A program made the translations under genes and the position numbers. Under the pieces are notes generated by a model. The model was not told the origin of the DNA. It saw only the letters and a program-made list of their open reading frames with translations, and ran no database searches. A stretch of DNA of 58,542 nt, the filler included, from Squatina squatina (Eukaryota): assembly GCA_031763465.1 (NCBI GenBank). It is 3 parts of 3 records of this genome, joined end to end, with 100 filler letters (N's around TTAATTAATTAA, not from the genome) between each part and the next. Parts side by side here need not be neighbours in the genome. Positions count along the whole stretch, not along the records: positions 1 to 14,390 come from JARFOE010000046.1; 2 more parts are not named here. One strand, written 5' to 3'. This document shows positions 1 through 12,880 of the stretch, piece by piece (position 1 is the stretch's first letter; each line of letters starts with the position of its first letter).

Positions 1-1797
1 TGTGAACCTGAATCTGAATGCTTTAAAATGTCTTGGATGTGTAGTACACATTCTAATGTAGCTGAAAGATTTCAAGAACGACCTGATAGTACATTTTAAA
101 ATAGTATTTTACTTTTTTCTTAAGGACTCCCCAGCAACCTCAATGAACATTTTTGCAGCTTAACACGGTCTAAGTCTGGCCTTCCCCTATGCTGTCCCTT
201 GGGACAGTGTTGAAAAAGAATTTGTCACAATCATTTTAGCCATTTATCTTGGTGATGGATCTTGTCTCATAAAGAGTTCCTGATTAAACTGCAGGATGAA
301 ACAGATTATCTGGAAACCCAAAACGCTGAGGTTTTGCAGGAAAAGCATTTTTCAGAGTGACTTTAAAGATCAAACTTGGATGAGTAGAAGAAAACGGATT
401 AGTTGCTGGATGCGGTGTAACTGATAGGGCCATGATGTGACTGATTGCATACCTGGCACTTGCTTGCTACTTCGGTCAATTTTTAGCTTGCTGCTTGTAA
501 TTTAAATCACAAAAGCCTCACTTTTATAGTCAGGGCTTGAAGTGACAATGTCAGGTTTATGGCAAGTTTGAGTTTTGGATCAAAATTGTCAACATGTTTT
601 AGAAGGGGAATAAAATGCTGGTCCAAAATAAAATTCTTCCTTGGCACAGACTGTTACTTGAACTTGGATTTGGAATCGCATCTATCTTTCATATGTATGA
701 GGGGCTGAGTGGTGGAATTACAAAGAGACGCAATGGGACACGGGGGAGGACAGATGAGAAGGGACAGGGGGATGGAGAAACACAATACCNNNNNNNNNNN
801 NNNNNNNNNNNNNNNNNNNNNNNNNNNNNNNNNNNNNNNNNNNNNNNNNNNNNNNNNNNNNNNNNNNNNNNNNNNNNNNNNNNNNNNNNACTCAAGAAAT
901 GTAATGTGTCCTTCGAGAATAACATATGCAGGATTTATTGTATGCTGATTTGGCCAATCATTGTATAAAGTTAAAAGAACTCTAAAGATTAAGATGCCAT
1001 TTTTTTTCTCTTATACTAAAGGTACTGACTCTTCGCTGGGGTATGGTTCCGGAAGCACAAGTTGTCCTTTTGAGATCTTACAAAAGTGGCTATTTACCAT
1101 GAGTAATCCTGGATAGTGAATGTTGCCAGGCTTTTTGACTGCAGTGGGCACCACTGTCGAGCCCAATCCTATTTTCACCCTACTTCAAAAGTGTAGGATA
1201 TCATTTTCAAGGATTTCATTATAAAGCTTAATGTAGCAACTATTCTACAATAATAGTTTCTGCAACTGCAACTACCACATATAGGAGGGAAAGGCAAAGT
1301 TTAATCCCAAATGTCCCACTGCTGTCTCTAGGTTAATTTATTATATTAGTACCAAAACATTAAGGGGAAAAATACACTAAACCAATGTGCTTTAATCTGA
1401 CAATACACTTTTTGTGTGGTATCCTTAATTCATCATCTCAAATTGCTCCCACCATGACCACCATCAATGACAGACCTATAACTACTACGACTTCGCCCTA
1501 GCTCAAAGTACTCTCTCCAGACACAATCCAAGTTTGGAAGGATAACATCTGTAATCTAATTGTATTACTGGCTGTTTTTCACAGTTGAAGTGAATAGAGC
1601 GTGCAAATTTTGCTTGTTGATCACAATGCTGTATTAGTGAAGAAATAGTGAACAATCTTAGTGAAGAAAAACACCGATAGTGCTGCTGCCTCATTTTTAT
1701 GTAGCCAGCATTATGTTTTATTGAATTCCTTATTTTATGCTACATGTCATTTATCGACTGTCCATTTGCAATAGTTTTTCTGTTTGCTTACTTTCAG

Positions 1798-2063
1798 AAA
1801 CAACTGAATTGGGAAACAAAAAAGAACTGAAATCGATACCGTTTATTTCATACCTGTCAAGTTTATTGGGTGCCCAGATGCTGTCAGATGAGCAACCGAT
1901 TACTGGTGTGGAGATCGAGTGCGAGGAGAAAGGCCAGTGCCCCTCCACATGCCATCTTTGCCATCGTCAAGGCAAGGATCAGGCCAGTCCAACTCCTGTG
2001 CAGCTGGAGATCACCCGTATAGTACCACTCTACCACTTAATAGAGGGCAACGTGACTAGAGAG
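1798..2063 (+). CDS. ASTN2: Astrotactin-2 internal coding exon (266 nt, phase 1 to phase 0), C-terminal part of the MACPF region and following Cys-rich segment
   Basis: Acceptor ttactttcag ends at 1797 and donor GAG|gtaagt starts at 2064. Translation (E)TTELGNKKELKSIPFISYLSSLLGAQMLSDEQPITGVEIECEEKGQCPSTCHLCHRQGKDQASPTPVQLEITRIVPLYHLIEGNVTRE matches remembered human ASTN2 (ETTELGSKKELKSMPFITYLSGLLTAQMLSDDQLISGVEIRCEEKGRCPSTCHLC...) much better than ASTN1. Confidence 0.95.
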
Positions 2064-2765
2064 GTAAGTGCAATACACAGTACTGGCCTATAGCCCCACC
2101 GACAAAGGAATTCAAGATCCAATGCAAAAATTATTTCAAAGGCTTAGATTGTTGACTGTTAAAATAAAATATGCAATTATTTGCAAACTGGTACAAGATG
2201 CTTTAGACAAAACTTTCCAATTCTGACAGATTTTGTTTAAGTCATGAATAAGTATCAAAACTGAAAATGGTAAAATTATGAATGTTGTACACATCCAAGA
2301 ACAAATAAGTCAGAGCACTGTCAAATTAGATTTGTATACATGAAGAATTTATGCAAATCATAGAGCAAACAATCTGTTTTCAGGCACCAAGCCAAAATAG
2401 AGCTCTTGTACATCTGAAAGCAGCAGCTCAAAAATAAGGCTGTTATTTGTTAGGATGCCTAACAAGAGGAAAAAAAAGCCAGAATCTGAATTAACTAACA
2501 TATCATGGACTGAAGAACTGAACTACCCAAGTAGTTTGTTTAGTACACTTCTCAAAATTTACTAACTTTGCTAAATTGGTTGCAATTTACTTTTGGTTAT
2601 TTATTCTATTTTTAACTTTTATATTACATCTCGAACTTTGAGACGGATCAGAAGATACAGAATACNNNNNNNNNNNNNNNNNNNNNNNNNNNNNNNNNNN
2701 NNNNNNNNNNNNNNNNNNNNNNNNNNNNNNNNNNNNNNNNNNNNNNNNNNNNNNNNNNNNNNNNN

Positions 2766-2852
2766 AGCCATGATCATATCGAATGGCAGTGCAAGCTCGA
2801 AGGGCCGAATGACCTACTCCTGTTCTTATTTTCTATGTTTCTATGTTTCTAT
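2766..2852 (+). mobile_element. CR1-type 3' tail (similar tail at ~26136-26205)
   Basis: agccatgatcatatcgaatggc...gaagggccgaatgacctactcctg followed by tttctatg repeats. Confidence 0.8.
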
Positions 2853-5800
2853 GCTGTGAAATGCCAAACCTCCAGTCAGTGATTTGTATTATTGAGTTAG
2901 TTAGTACAGCAATGGTGCAGCATTTAAAAGGTGAGAGTATCCAGAGCCATTCTTTTTGTGTAGTTGAACAAAATTTAGTTGTATACAACGATGCCACCAT
3001 TTTTACACTACCTCCAGTTCAAATTTGCTTTATTTTTTCACCTTTTTTAAATGGCTCCTCCACAGAAATTGGGATATTATTGATTCTACTCAATGTGCCC
3101 TGTGCTTCCACATTTCATTGCCCTGTCCGCTCTTTAATCCTGCGGCACTGGGAAGGGGGCATTATGAGTAGCATTTGAACACTTTTATCCACAAGATTGC
3201 GTGGAATGCTCAGTGGCCTGTTGCAAGTTTTTTTGGGTCAACGGGGANNNNNNNNNNAAAATCAAATCAGTTGATGTGGCAGACATAAGAATGAGCATTC
3301 GTATCATTTCTTTGTTGTTAGTGCTGGAAACAGAGGGAGAAAGGTCAAAGGAAACAGAGTGCAGATCGAGTGAGGCTCAAAACCGGGTAGAGAGTGAGGC
3401 ATGAAAACAGCGAATGATGGATAAGGAGGGATGTGCGAATGGACAAAATGCAGGGAGACAGATTGAAACATATCGAATCACCAAGAAAGGGTCAGAAGCA
3501 ATCAGAATTTATTGTATTGTAGCAGTGGTGGCTGGAAATCTTTAATGCTTCCCAAAATATTGAGGAAATCTGCCCGTCTGTCCACTGACACTCTTGCACG
3601 GTCTCAAGTATCTCAGTGTCTCGATANNNNNNNNNNNNNNNNNNNNNNNNNNNNNNNNNNNNNNNNNNNNNNNNNNNNNNNNNNNNNNNNNNNNNNNNNN
3701 NNNNNNNNNNNNNNNNNNNNNNNNNNTCACATGAAAGAAATGTCAGCTCAGCTTTTAAACAATTTCCTTCGCAACAGCATCTCATCAGACATGGGTTGTC
3801 TGAGTGTCTATAAAACACTAAAGTCACACCTCAGCAACTTCTTAATTTGGTGAGTGATTTCCTTTCATTGGCTTCTGGTCCATGTTTATTAAAATTGGCA
3901 TTCTAGAACCCTCAACTCAACTAATCCTTTGTCTGTAAGAAGCCTGTCCTCAGACAGCAATTTGTCACCTTAGTAAGTTGGAAACGTTTTGGCAGATTTA
4001 CGCCAAAGGTGGCAAGTGAACTTCTCTCATCGGGCCCCAGATACTTTTTCAGAAAAATACGTTTACAGGAAACTGCACTTCTGTCTCCACAAACCTCCAT
4101 AAATACAGAATTTTCACAATTCAGTAACTTAAAAATGATTTATGGTATTTTCACTGAACCTGACAACCAATTTCCTTTCTTCTGACTCTTGGTTTCTTTT
4201 GAATAATGGTTGGACTGGAAACCATATGTGAGTCCAAAAACACAAAAAAAAATGTCACCTGGGAGCTGGTGAGATTTCACCAGGTACCATGTTTAAGCTT
4301 CACCAAGCAGCAGTCACTTAACAGCAATTAAAAAAAAAGCAATAAAGTGATGAGACTCCCTGACCCAAGTTTTATATCAGTACCTTCATCAGTACTTAAA
4401 GTTGGCCAGAGCTAGCCAGACCTTGGACACTGACTGGACTTGCTCAGTCCACAGGTCAGAAACAAATCCTCACCCTACACACACCCCTCCCACCCTCCTG
4501 CTTTAAAAAAAATCAGCATTGTTTTAAGCTTTTAAGAGGATCTGGACTGAGTACTGGTGCTGGAATATTCCCAAACAGAACTGACTGAGAAACAGACACC
4601 ATTGGGTTAGAACAAACATAAGCCCATGGGAAAACTGTCCTGTGTGTTGGTCATAAAGACCCAAGGAACAGTGTGCACTGGTCATGGAGACCTGGGGCAC
4701 TTCCAAATCCATTCTATGCGCTGATCATGACTAAAGTTGTTTAATTAGTCAGTTAGTTTGGAGCTGAAAGGTTAACTTAATAAAANNNNNNNNNNNNNNN
4801 NNNNNNNNNNNNNNNNNNNNNNNNNNNNNNNNNNNNNNNNNNNNNNNNNNNNNNNNNNNNNNNNNNNNNNNNNNNNNNNNNNNNNNNNNNNNNNNNNNNN
4901 NNNNNNNNNNNNNNNNNNNNNNNNNNNNNNNNNNNNNNNNNNNNNNNNNNNNNNNNNNNNNNNNNNNNNNNNNNNNNNNNNNNNNNNNNNNNNNNNNNNN
5001 NNNNNNNNNNNNNNNNNNNNNNNNNNNNNNNNNNNNNNNNNNNNNNNNNNNNNNNNNNNNNNNNNNNNNNNNNNNNNNNNNNNNNNNNNNNNNNNNNNNN
5101 NNNNNNNNNNNNNNNNNNNNNNNNNNNNNNNNNNNNNNNNNNNNNNNNNNNNNNNNNNNNNNNNNNNNNNNNNNNNNNNNNNNNNNNNNNNNNNNNNNNN
5201 NNNNNNNNNNNNNNNNNNNNNNNNNNNNNNNNNNNNNNNNNNNNNNNNNNNNNNNNNNNNNNNNNNNNNNNNNNNNNNNNNNNNNNNNNNNNNNNNNNNN
5301 NNNNNNNNNNNNNNNNNNNNNNNNNNNNNNNNNNNNNNNNNNNNNNNNNNNNNNNNNNNNNNNNNNNNNNNNNNNNNNNNNNNNNNNNNNNNNNNNNNNN
5401 NNNNNNNNNNNNNNNNNNNNNNNNNNNNNNNNNNNNNNNNNNNNNNNNNNNNNNNNNNNNNNNNNNNNNNNNNNNNNNNNNNNNNNNNNNNNNNNNNNNN
5501 NNNNNNNNNNNNNNNNNNNNNNNNNNNNNNNNNNNNNNNNNNNNNNNNNNNNNNNNNNNNCTGATAGCAGCTCCTTACATCGGACCAACAATTGGGCAGC
5601 TGAAAAAACCTAAGAGTCAATAGTTCCATTAGCGCCGTTTTTGAACATAGGTTTTGTTTTGTGCTGCCAAGAAATTTTCTAAGACGTCAATGCCCTGACT
5701 TAAAGGGACAGCTCTATTAGGGCGCTAAAATTACAGCTATTGGCCCCATATAGCCACCAGCTATAAAAATGCCAATTGGGTGCCCACTTTCTCTTGCAGG

Positions 5801-8800
5801 GGGATGTGCCACCTTGCCCCACTTCTGCATCTTCACCAGCTCTTTAGCTGGCATGTATGAGGGCCCCACTGACCTCTGTGTTTGCTTTACTGCATTTGTC
5901 TTTAAATTAATGGAGCACAATATCATTCAAATGTTGCCACATTGTTTATGCACGTACCTTACAGTCAGGCCAGTTGTATTGCTCAAATACCGGTTCATAT
6001 TCCTCAACTGCACCATCTGTGATCAGCATGATAGCCTGGTTACACAGGCTGCCTTGTCCTGTCTCATTAAACTAACAGAAGGAATATAATATCAACAGAG
6101 ATGTAGAGAACAGAACAGAGAAAATCAAAGAGCATCAATACTGGGCACACAACACAAGTATAAATCATGTTTCCATAAAATTCTGAATAATTTCTGAATA
6201 ACTGTATTGTGTAAATTCATTCTGCATATGGGACAGAATAGGTGTTCCAGTCAGTTTTGCAGTACGGAAGTAAGAGACATGATAGCGCCTGCAATCTGCT
6301 CCCAACCTTAGCTGTTCTGGCAAAAGAAAATGTCACATTTTTGCTTGAAGTGTGCTACTAGATGACAGATGTAAAAGGGTGACATTAGGGACNNNNNNNN
6401 NNACCCCACCCCTTGAAAACGGCTTTCTAAAATGTGGGGCAGAATCCAATTGGGTGGGTTACTCCCCATTTTATAGCGTCCAAGCTGAAAGATCTGCCTG
6501 GATTCCACCTGGGCATAGATCAAAAGTATGAGGTCTCGGTATCTGAAGTAGACCACAATGCACAAGAAACACAATAAAGTAGATATTGTTGTAATGGATA
6601 TTGTTGTGTATGTTTTCTTTGAGGGATACTGCCCTTTATGCTGCAGTGTGCGCTTGGCTGTGCAATGATGGTTTCTCAAGGATAGTAGGGGTTCACCATA
6701 GATTGTCTTGTGTGGCATGTCAGGCCAGGGAAACATGATCCACAAACGTTTCTGCCGGCGGCACTGACTTTTTACATGAAGTTTGTATTAATCATTGACT
6801 CCAGTCGTAAGCATGTTGCTGTTCAAGGGGTGCTGACAAGCCCACTTCCTGTGACTCTTGTTCCAACTTATTTGAGGCCCCTTCCTCTGTTACTGCTCCA
6901 GATCCTTCAGATCTTTCATTCTGAGAATAGCCAATGAACTTCATAAAAGGAACACCCATGCTGTGGGTGAAGTTGCCTTGGTTAGCCAAGGTGGCTGGAT
7001 ATTTGAGTGGGGAAGTAAAATTCAGTGCAGAGAGGATTAAATTCCAATTGTGATTCTAGTCTAATAAGTGATACAACATTACGTGATGTAACTGTCAATT
7101 ATGTCATCACCAAAATGCAATTATTTTCTCTCCTCGGAAGAATCTGAGAGATTTTATGAAACAAAATGAGGATGTTTTAAATGTTAATGGGTTAATTTGG
7201 GGGTAGGGGGTGGGGAGAGGAATCAAAAAAGCTTGACATTGCACTGGTTCACTGCACATTTCTGAACCACTTTGTCACACGAAGGCTCGTTCATGGTGAC
7301 CCAACCCTGTGACAAATCAAACTGATTTGAGACAGCCACAGTCTCATGGCTTTTACCTCTGTAATTTGGTTTGGGTGAAGTAAAAGCAGTAAAGTTGTTC
7401 ATCTTGCGTGGAAACAAAAATATATATAAACCGTGTTTATCGCTCTCCCTGGTTTTCAGAAGAAAGCAGAAGTCGAGCTGCATCAGCAGGCGAGCAAGCA
7501 CAGCCGATCTCTGCTATTGTGACTTTCAGTTTCCCAGGCCAAATTGCAGGATAGCAAGTAGAACGTGGGCGCAACACAGCTTCATTTCGGAATGATCTAG
7601 GTTTCCCTGGAGGAAAATGTTTCACAAATGAAACAAGTTGCAATAAATTCATTGAAAATTACGCTTACGCAGTGACTGAGTTTGTGAAGTTTGGGTTGTG
7701 TTGCTCCTGAAACCAGCAGCGGAAGAGTATGGCAGGAAAATCAGTGTGTTTACATCCAGTGGAAACAGAAACATAGTTCTGATGTTGACATGTTCTTACC
7801 ACGTAAAAAAAAACAGGTAAATACATCATGTTGACTCTCACCAGTAAGATTTTACAGTGCTCAGTAGAAATGCCATATATTTTTACCAGTAATATTTGCG
7901 CTGTGTGTAAAAGCTTTCTGTAAAGCCTAAGATTTGAATACTCCTCCCATATCTGGGGAGACTCTTCCAGCATTTCATTCGCATGATAGGATACGAGGAA
8001 AAGCTTGTTGTCTGATATATTATCCTTCTCTAACCTCTCTCCAATGCAGATTTTTTAATCACTTTCTACTTTAATGAAGCTACCATGATAATTGATCCTC
8101 AGACCTTTTCTCCCTTGTTCTTTTCACCGTCCAATGTGGTTACCTGCATGCTTTGTTTCCATCCCTGTATCCAATTCTTTAAAAGGATCTCAAAACTGTG
8201 GAACACTTTCATTCTTTCTTGTCTCCCTTTCACTTTCAATGTCTGTTAATCTCTGCCTTAAATTTATTCAGTGAATCAGCCTCACAGCTCTCTGGGGTAA
8301 AGAANNNNNNNNNNNNNNNNNNNNNNNNNNNNNNNNNNNNNNNNNNNNNNNNNNNNNNNNNNNNNNNNNNNNNNNNNNNNNNNNNNNNNNNNNNNNNNNN
8401 NNNNACTCTCTGGCGTGCCGGCATTTTTCACCACCCAGACCTGGATCCCTGGCAGTCCAGCGGCGCATTCAAACAGCTTGCGGCCCTTCCCTTCAAGGCA
8501 GGGGGCATGGCCGTGGCTTGTGCACATGTGGTGGCCCTGGTGCCATGCTGCCGACACAAGCCTGCTGTGACGTGGCATTGGCCGGATCAACGCATGCCAT
8601 GTTGTGCTGACCCGGAATGGTGACTAAGTCACCAATTCCGCATCACTGACTCTCGCTGCTGGCAGGGCACCCCAACGGCGAGGAGGCCCCAAATGCAGTG
8701 GCCGGTTTGGGCGCTGACCAATTGGGCCCCCGTAGCGGGAGAAATATGGTGCTGAGCCACAATTGGTCTGACAGTTCATTGTAGGAATGATTGTCTTTTT

Positions 8801-8972
8801 GAAGAGAATTGGTTCAACCTCATTATTTCCATCTTTTTTGTCCCATACCTGAGTCCTCTCTTTCCCCCTACTGCAAGAGAACATAATTGTGCAGCAAAGG
8901 TTCACGACTAATTTTGTGCATCTTTTAAAAGACGTGTAGCAATCTCTTGGATTATTTGAGACAGCAAAACTT

Positions 8973-9748
8973 TGGCCCCGATATTGACCCGGATTTGGGA
9001 ACGCAGCAGGCAATGAAACTACAGCATCGCGTCACATGCAAACCTCATTGATTTTAATGGCCAGGCTTCACTTAAACACCACTATTTAAAGGCTAAGTCC
9101 ACCTGTGCAAGGGAGGCTTAGGGAAATGAGTGAGGTAACATTGAAGAGAAGTTATAAATTGGACATATGGCTGCAAAGAGAGGGAAGGTGAATCCCAGGT
9201 GATCGGATGTTTCCTTAGAAGTCATGCTGGGTGCATTTAGGGTCGGAAGAAATGTGTTGTTCCCCACAAGTAGCCTGCTGCTACTTCCAAGTGGGTGGCT
9301 GACTGTGACAACCTTGATATGTCCTCCTGGCAGCCTGGAAGTATCCAGAGCTTTAAAAGTTGAGGGCAGTGGTCACTTTCAGTTTTACTGGCATGGCATG
9401 GCCTCCAGGTCCAGCAGGCAGGAGGCCGTCTTCGAGGAGGTTGCAAAGGTCCGTGACTATCTGCCCTGACAGTCTGAGCCTCCTGAAGCACTGCTCCTCA
9501 CAGGTCAGGGAGGCTGAACCTCTGTCAGTAGGCCCTGCAATTGGATAAGTCCTTCTGTGCGCTTACCCCCATCCCCCCACCACCCATCTGTTGCTGCCTG
9601 TTCTGTGGTTTCTTCAGCATATCCTTGTTGCTGCTGCTCCTCTTCCTCCTCCTTCTTCACTCCAATAGAGTGCAGCAAGAGCAACAACCATAATCAACTT
9701 CTCAAAAATACAATCCAAAGCAAACAGTGATCCCAGAATCGCGGGCCG
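8973..9748. mobile_element. Internally deleted, decayed PIF/Harbinger DNA transposon (Myb/SANT-like gene on +, transposase on -)
   Basis: Minus strand ~9290-9500 reads EEQCFRRLRLSGQIVTDLCNLLEDGLLPAGPGGHAMPVKLKVTTALNF*SSGYFQAA..ISRLSQSATH, which resembles the HARBI1-type transposase N-terminus, with a stop and frameshifts. Plus strand ~9185-9272 reads KVNPR*SDVSLEVMLGAFRVGRNVLFP, which resembles a Myb/SANT-like start. Ends are approximate. Confidence 0.8.
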
Positions 9749-10473
9749 CGGTGAAGTGAAAGAGCATCTTAGAGAAGAGATTGCCATATCATCTCAAGAC
9801 ATCATTACAAAGTTCCAGATTGGTCATTTTTATTGTGAAAAATAATTGCTTTTTGGCTCTCACTCAGGTCATTTGAAGACCGTTTTGACCCACATGGGTG
9901 GGAAGAAAGAAAGCAGTATTTGTAGTGAGGAAGACTATATAGCTATTACTTGGGAATTGTGAAAGCCAAATGCAGTAAATTATTACTGATTCCCATTAAA
10001 TACTATCAGGCTTGGAATCTCGGTGCAGGATAAGAATCTTTGTTACTTTATTTCATTTAGGTTTTTTTTTCCATTTGTGTCGCTCAATGTTACCTTTTGT
10101 GAAATGCTTTGAGCCATTTGGATGATAAGGCTCTAAATAATTAAAAGATTTGTTCCTTTAATTTCTGCATCCAGACTTTCTCATTCGACTGAGAGTCTGA
10201 AGAATTGTGTTTTTTTAAATTGTTGCCATATATGTAATTCGATAATTATTGACCGGGGCTGAATTATGTACAGCTTCCCCCTGCCTCAACTTCCTAACAG
10301 TTACTGAAGAAGTCTGGTAGAGCTCAATCAAATTGCTTAGGCTCAAAGTATAACATCCTCCCTGTGTGGATAANNNNNNNNNNNNNNNNNNNNNNNNNNN
10401 NNNNNNNNNNNNNNNNNNNNNNNNNNNNNNNNNNNNNNNNNNNNNNNNNNNNNNNNNNNNNNNNNNNNNNNNN

Positions 10474-10826
10474 GCATTACCTCACATTTCTCCGGATTGT
10501 ATTCCATTTGCTACTTTTCTGCCCACCTGACCAGTCTACAGCTTTCTTCCTCACTATCAACCACATGCAGAATTTGTGTATCATTTGCAACCTTCTTCAT
10601 AATGCCCCCTACATTGAAGTCTAATTCATTGATATATAGCATAAAAAGCAAGGGACCTAGTACTGAGCTCTGCGAAACCCCACTGAAAACAGCCCACCAG
10701 TCACAAAAACACCCGTCGACCATTAACCTTTGCTTCCTGCCACTGGGCCAATTTTGGGTTCAACTTGCCACCTTCCCTTGGATTCCATAGGCTTTTACTT
10801 TTCTGACCAGTCTGCCATGTGGATGT
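10474..10826 (-). mobile_element. CR1 LINE reverse transcriptase fragment
   Basis: VDGCFCDW..VFSGVSQSSVLGPLLFMLYINELD...KVANDTQI, a degenerate form of SGVPQGSVLGPLLF.IYINDL...FADDTK. Confidence 0.9.
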
Positions 10827-11325
10827 TGTAAGAGAGACCTTCAACAAGTACTGTGGTCAATGCAAGACTAATCCTATCATCAGGGCTGCCTTTTTACTTC
10901 GAACAATGCATTTAGCTTTCCTCCCCAAACCACCAAGGCTCCCATTGTGGAAACATTCCACAACTAATTCCCCCAGGAATCCCTCCACCTTTCCCGAAAT
11001 CATTCTTCACATATAACATCAATACTAACAACTTTTTAATAAACAGATATATTTGTGCTATTCTGTTGCTTTTTGGTACCATGCTTCGCCTTAGTGCCTG
11101 AAATTGTGTGCTCTTTCAAACATACTCTATCACGTCTCAGTGCTCCCTCAGGGAAACAAGGTCCTTAAGTGACTGACTATTGCTTCCCAGTAGGAGCCAG
11201 TGGAGCCTGTTAAGTTTAAAAAGCATAAAAAATTGCATTTCAAAACAAAATTGGCTGTATGCCCAAAATCTAAATGATATATGTTGTTTCCCATTGCCTT
11301 ATTCAGTAACAGCAGTAAACCTTAG

Positions 11326-12420
11326 CTTAATGGATTGCATATCTACCCATACTTAGATGACTGGCTGGTGAGAGTCCACTTTCAGGAAGAGGCCAAGAGA
11401 GCTCTCTGCAGACAGTCTCCACTTTCAGACAGTTGGGTTTCCTGATAAACCTGGATGAGTTCCAGATGGAATCTTTCCAGGATATTGCTTTCAGAGAAAT
11501 TGGATTCCAGACCGTCCCAGGACTAGCCTCCCTGCCAGAGGAGCACTTTCTGGACATCAAGAAACAACTTGCATCTTTTTCACCAGTCTCTAGAATCCCA
11601 GCCAGAACCCGAGGGATGAAAGCAATAACCACCTTTGTCACATCAGTTGCTAGATCCGTTATGAAACCTCCCGAAACTAACATATTGGTCACACAATCAC
11701 TTGTACATCTCAATTGGTGTCAGTCAGCACTGCATCATCAGAGGTGTCTCAGTGGCCAAAAGACTGAGCAATGTTCAGACAGGTGTCACATTACAACGAC
11801 CGCCCTAGTTTTGACATTGAGACAAATAAATCTTTAATGGCCAGGGTGCATATCTGTGGAATAGGTTAGCACCAGGATAAATGATGTGCAGGGACACAGT
11901 GATGTACAAGCAGACTGAAGTTAGCACTGATTTTGCTAGCTCTTGAATATGAATACTACTTCAAACTACTCACCCCTCGGATATATGGCCAATTGGTCAT
12001 TCTGTGGACAAATAAAGTGTGCTGTGATGTACTGGAGATTGGGTGTCCATGCAGGAGAGAAACTTCCAGCCTTAATTGAGGAGAAACATGGGATCACGAG
12101 GGGTTTCTCTTTAGGAAAGTAATTGCTCCAATAATCTTTACCCAGATAGATACATTGTCATGACGGTGAAGAGCTGAAGAGTCTTTGTTCCATGAATACT
12201 GAACCTCATCCTTAAAAACCTGTTTTTACCTTGGGAATAAGGTTCTTATATTCATTCTTCCTATTCCTTCTGACCCCAGGGAGGAGACATCCTGAGTGTT
12301 CATTATTACTGTACATTGGTCTTGAGATTTCAGTTCATCTGTTTATTCTCACTCTGGAGAATCAATTTTTGTCTCCAACAGGTGGGCAAACCATTCTCCG
12401 AGACCAGAGCACTCTGATTA
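11326..12420 (+). mobile_element. Decayed DIRS-like (tyrosine-recombinase class) retrotransposon, RT/RNase H region
   Basis: GLHIYPYLDDWLV (YLDD at 11350-11361), then after a frameshift RQLGFLINLDEFQMESFQDIAF...LASLPEEHF, matching the DIRS pattern LGFxINxEKS..P.Q...FLG.....LP. Degenerate RNase H-like NGQGAYL lies near 11836-11856 and GQLVILWTN near 11987. Confidence 0.75.
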
Positions 12421-12504
12421 AGTATCTCACTGTTGGTTAATTATTTTACAAGGAAACAATGGTGTGGTCTACGATTGCAGTTTTCACCGAAGCTCACTAA
12501 AAAT

Positions 12505-12880
12505 ATAGAATCATAGAATGGTTACAGCACAGAAGGAGGCCATTCAGCCCATTGAGCCCATGCCTACTCTCTGCAAGAGCACTTCAGCTAGTCCCACTCC
12601 CCCGCCCTTTCCCCGTAGCCCTGCAATTTTTTTTCCTTCAGGTACTTATCTAATTCCCTTTTGAAAGCCACGATTGAATCTGCCTCCACCACCCTTTCAG
12701 GCAGTCAATTCCAGATCCCAATCACTCGCTGCGTAAAAACGTTTTTCCTCATGTCACCTTTGATTCTTCCACCAATCACCTTAAATCTGTTGTCCTCTGA
12801 TTCTCGACCCTTCCGCCAATGGGAACAGTCTTATCTACTCTGTCTGGATCCCTCATGATTTTGAACACCTGTACCAAATC
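12505..12880 (-). mobile_element. CR1 LINE 3' end
   Basis: Begins with the atagaatcatagaat tail repeat and ggaggccattcagccc. Reverse-strand ORF2 C-terminus remnants (…RKNVFTQRVIGIWN…). Confidence 0.85.

Noticed and set aside
4749-5629. Long ORFs spanning N runs (also 46232-46970, 53099-54254 and many ~60-110 aa ORFs)
   Set aside because: Their length comes from X residues in assembly gaps.
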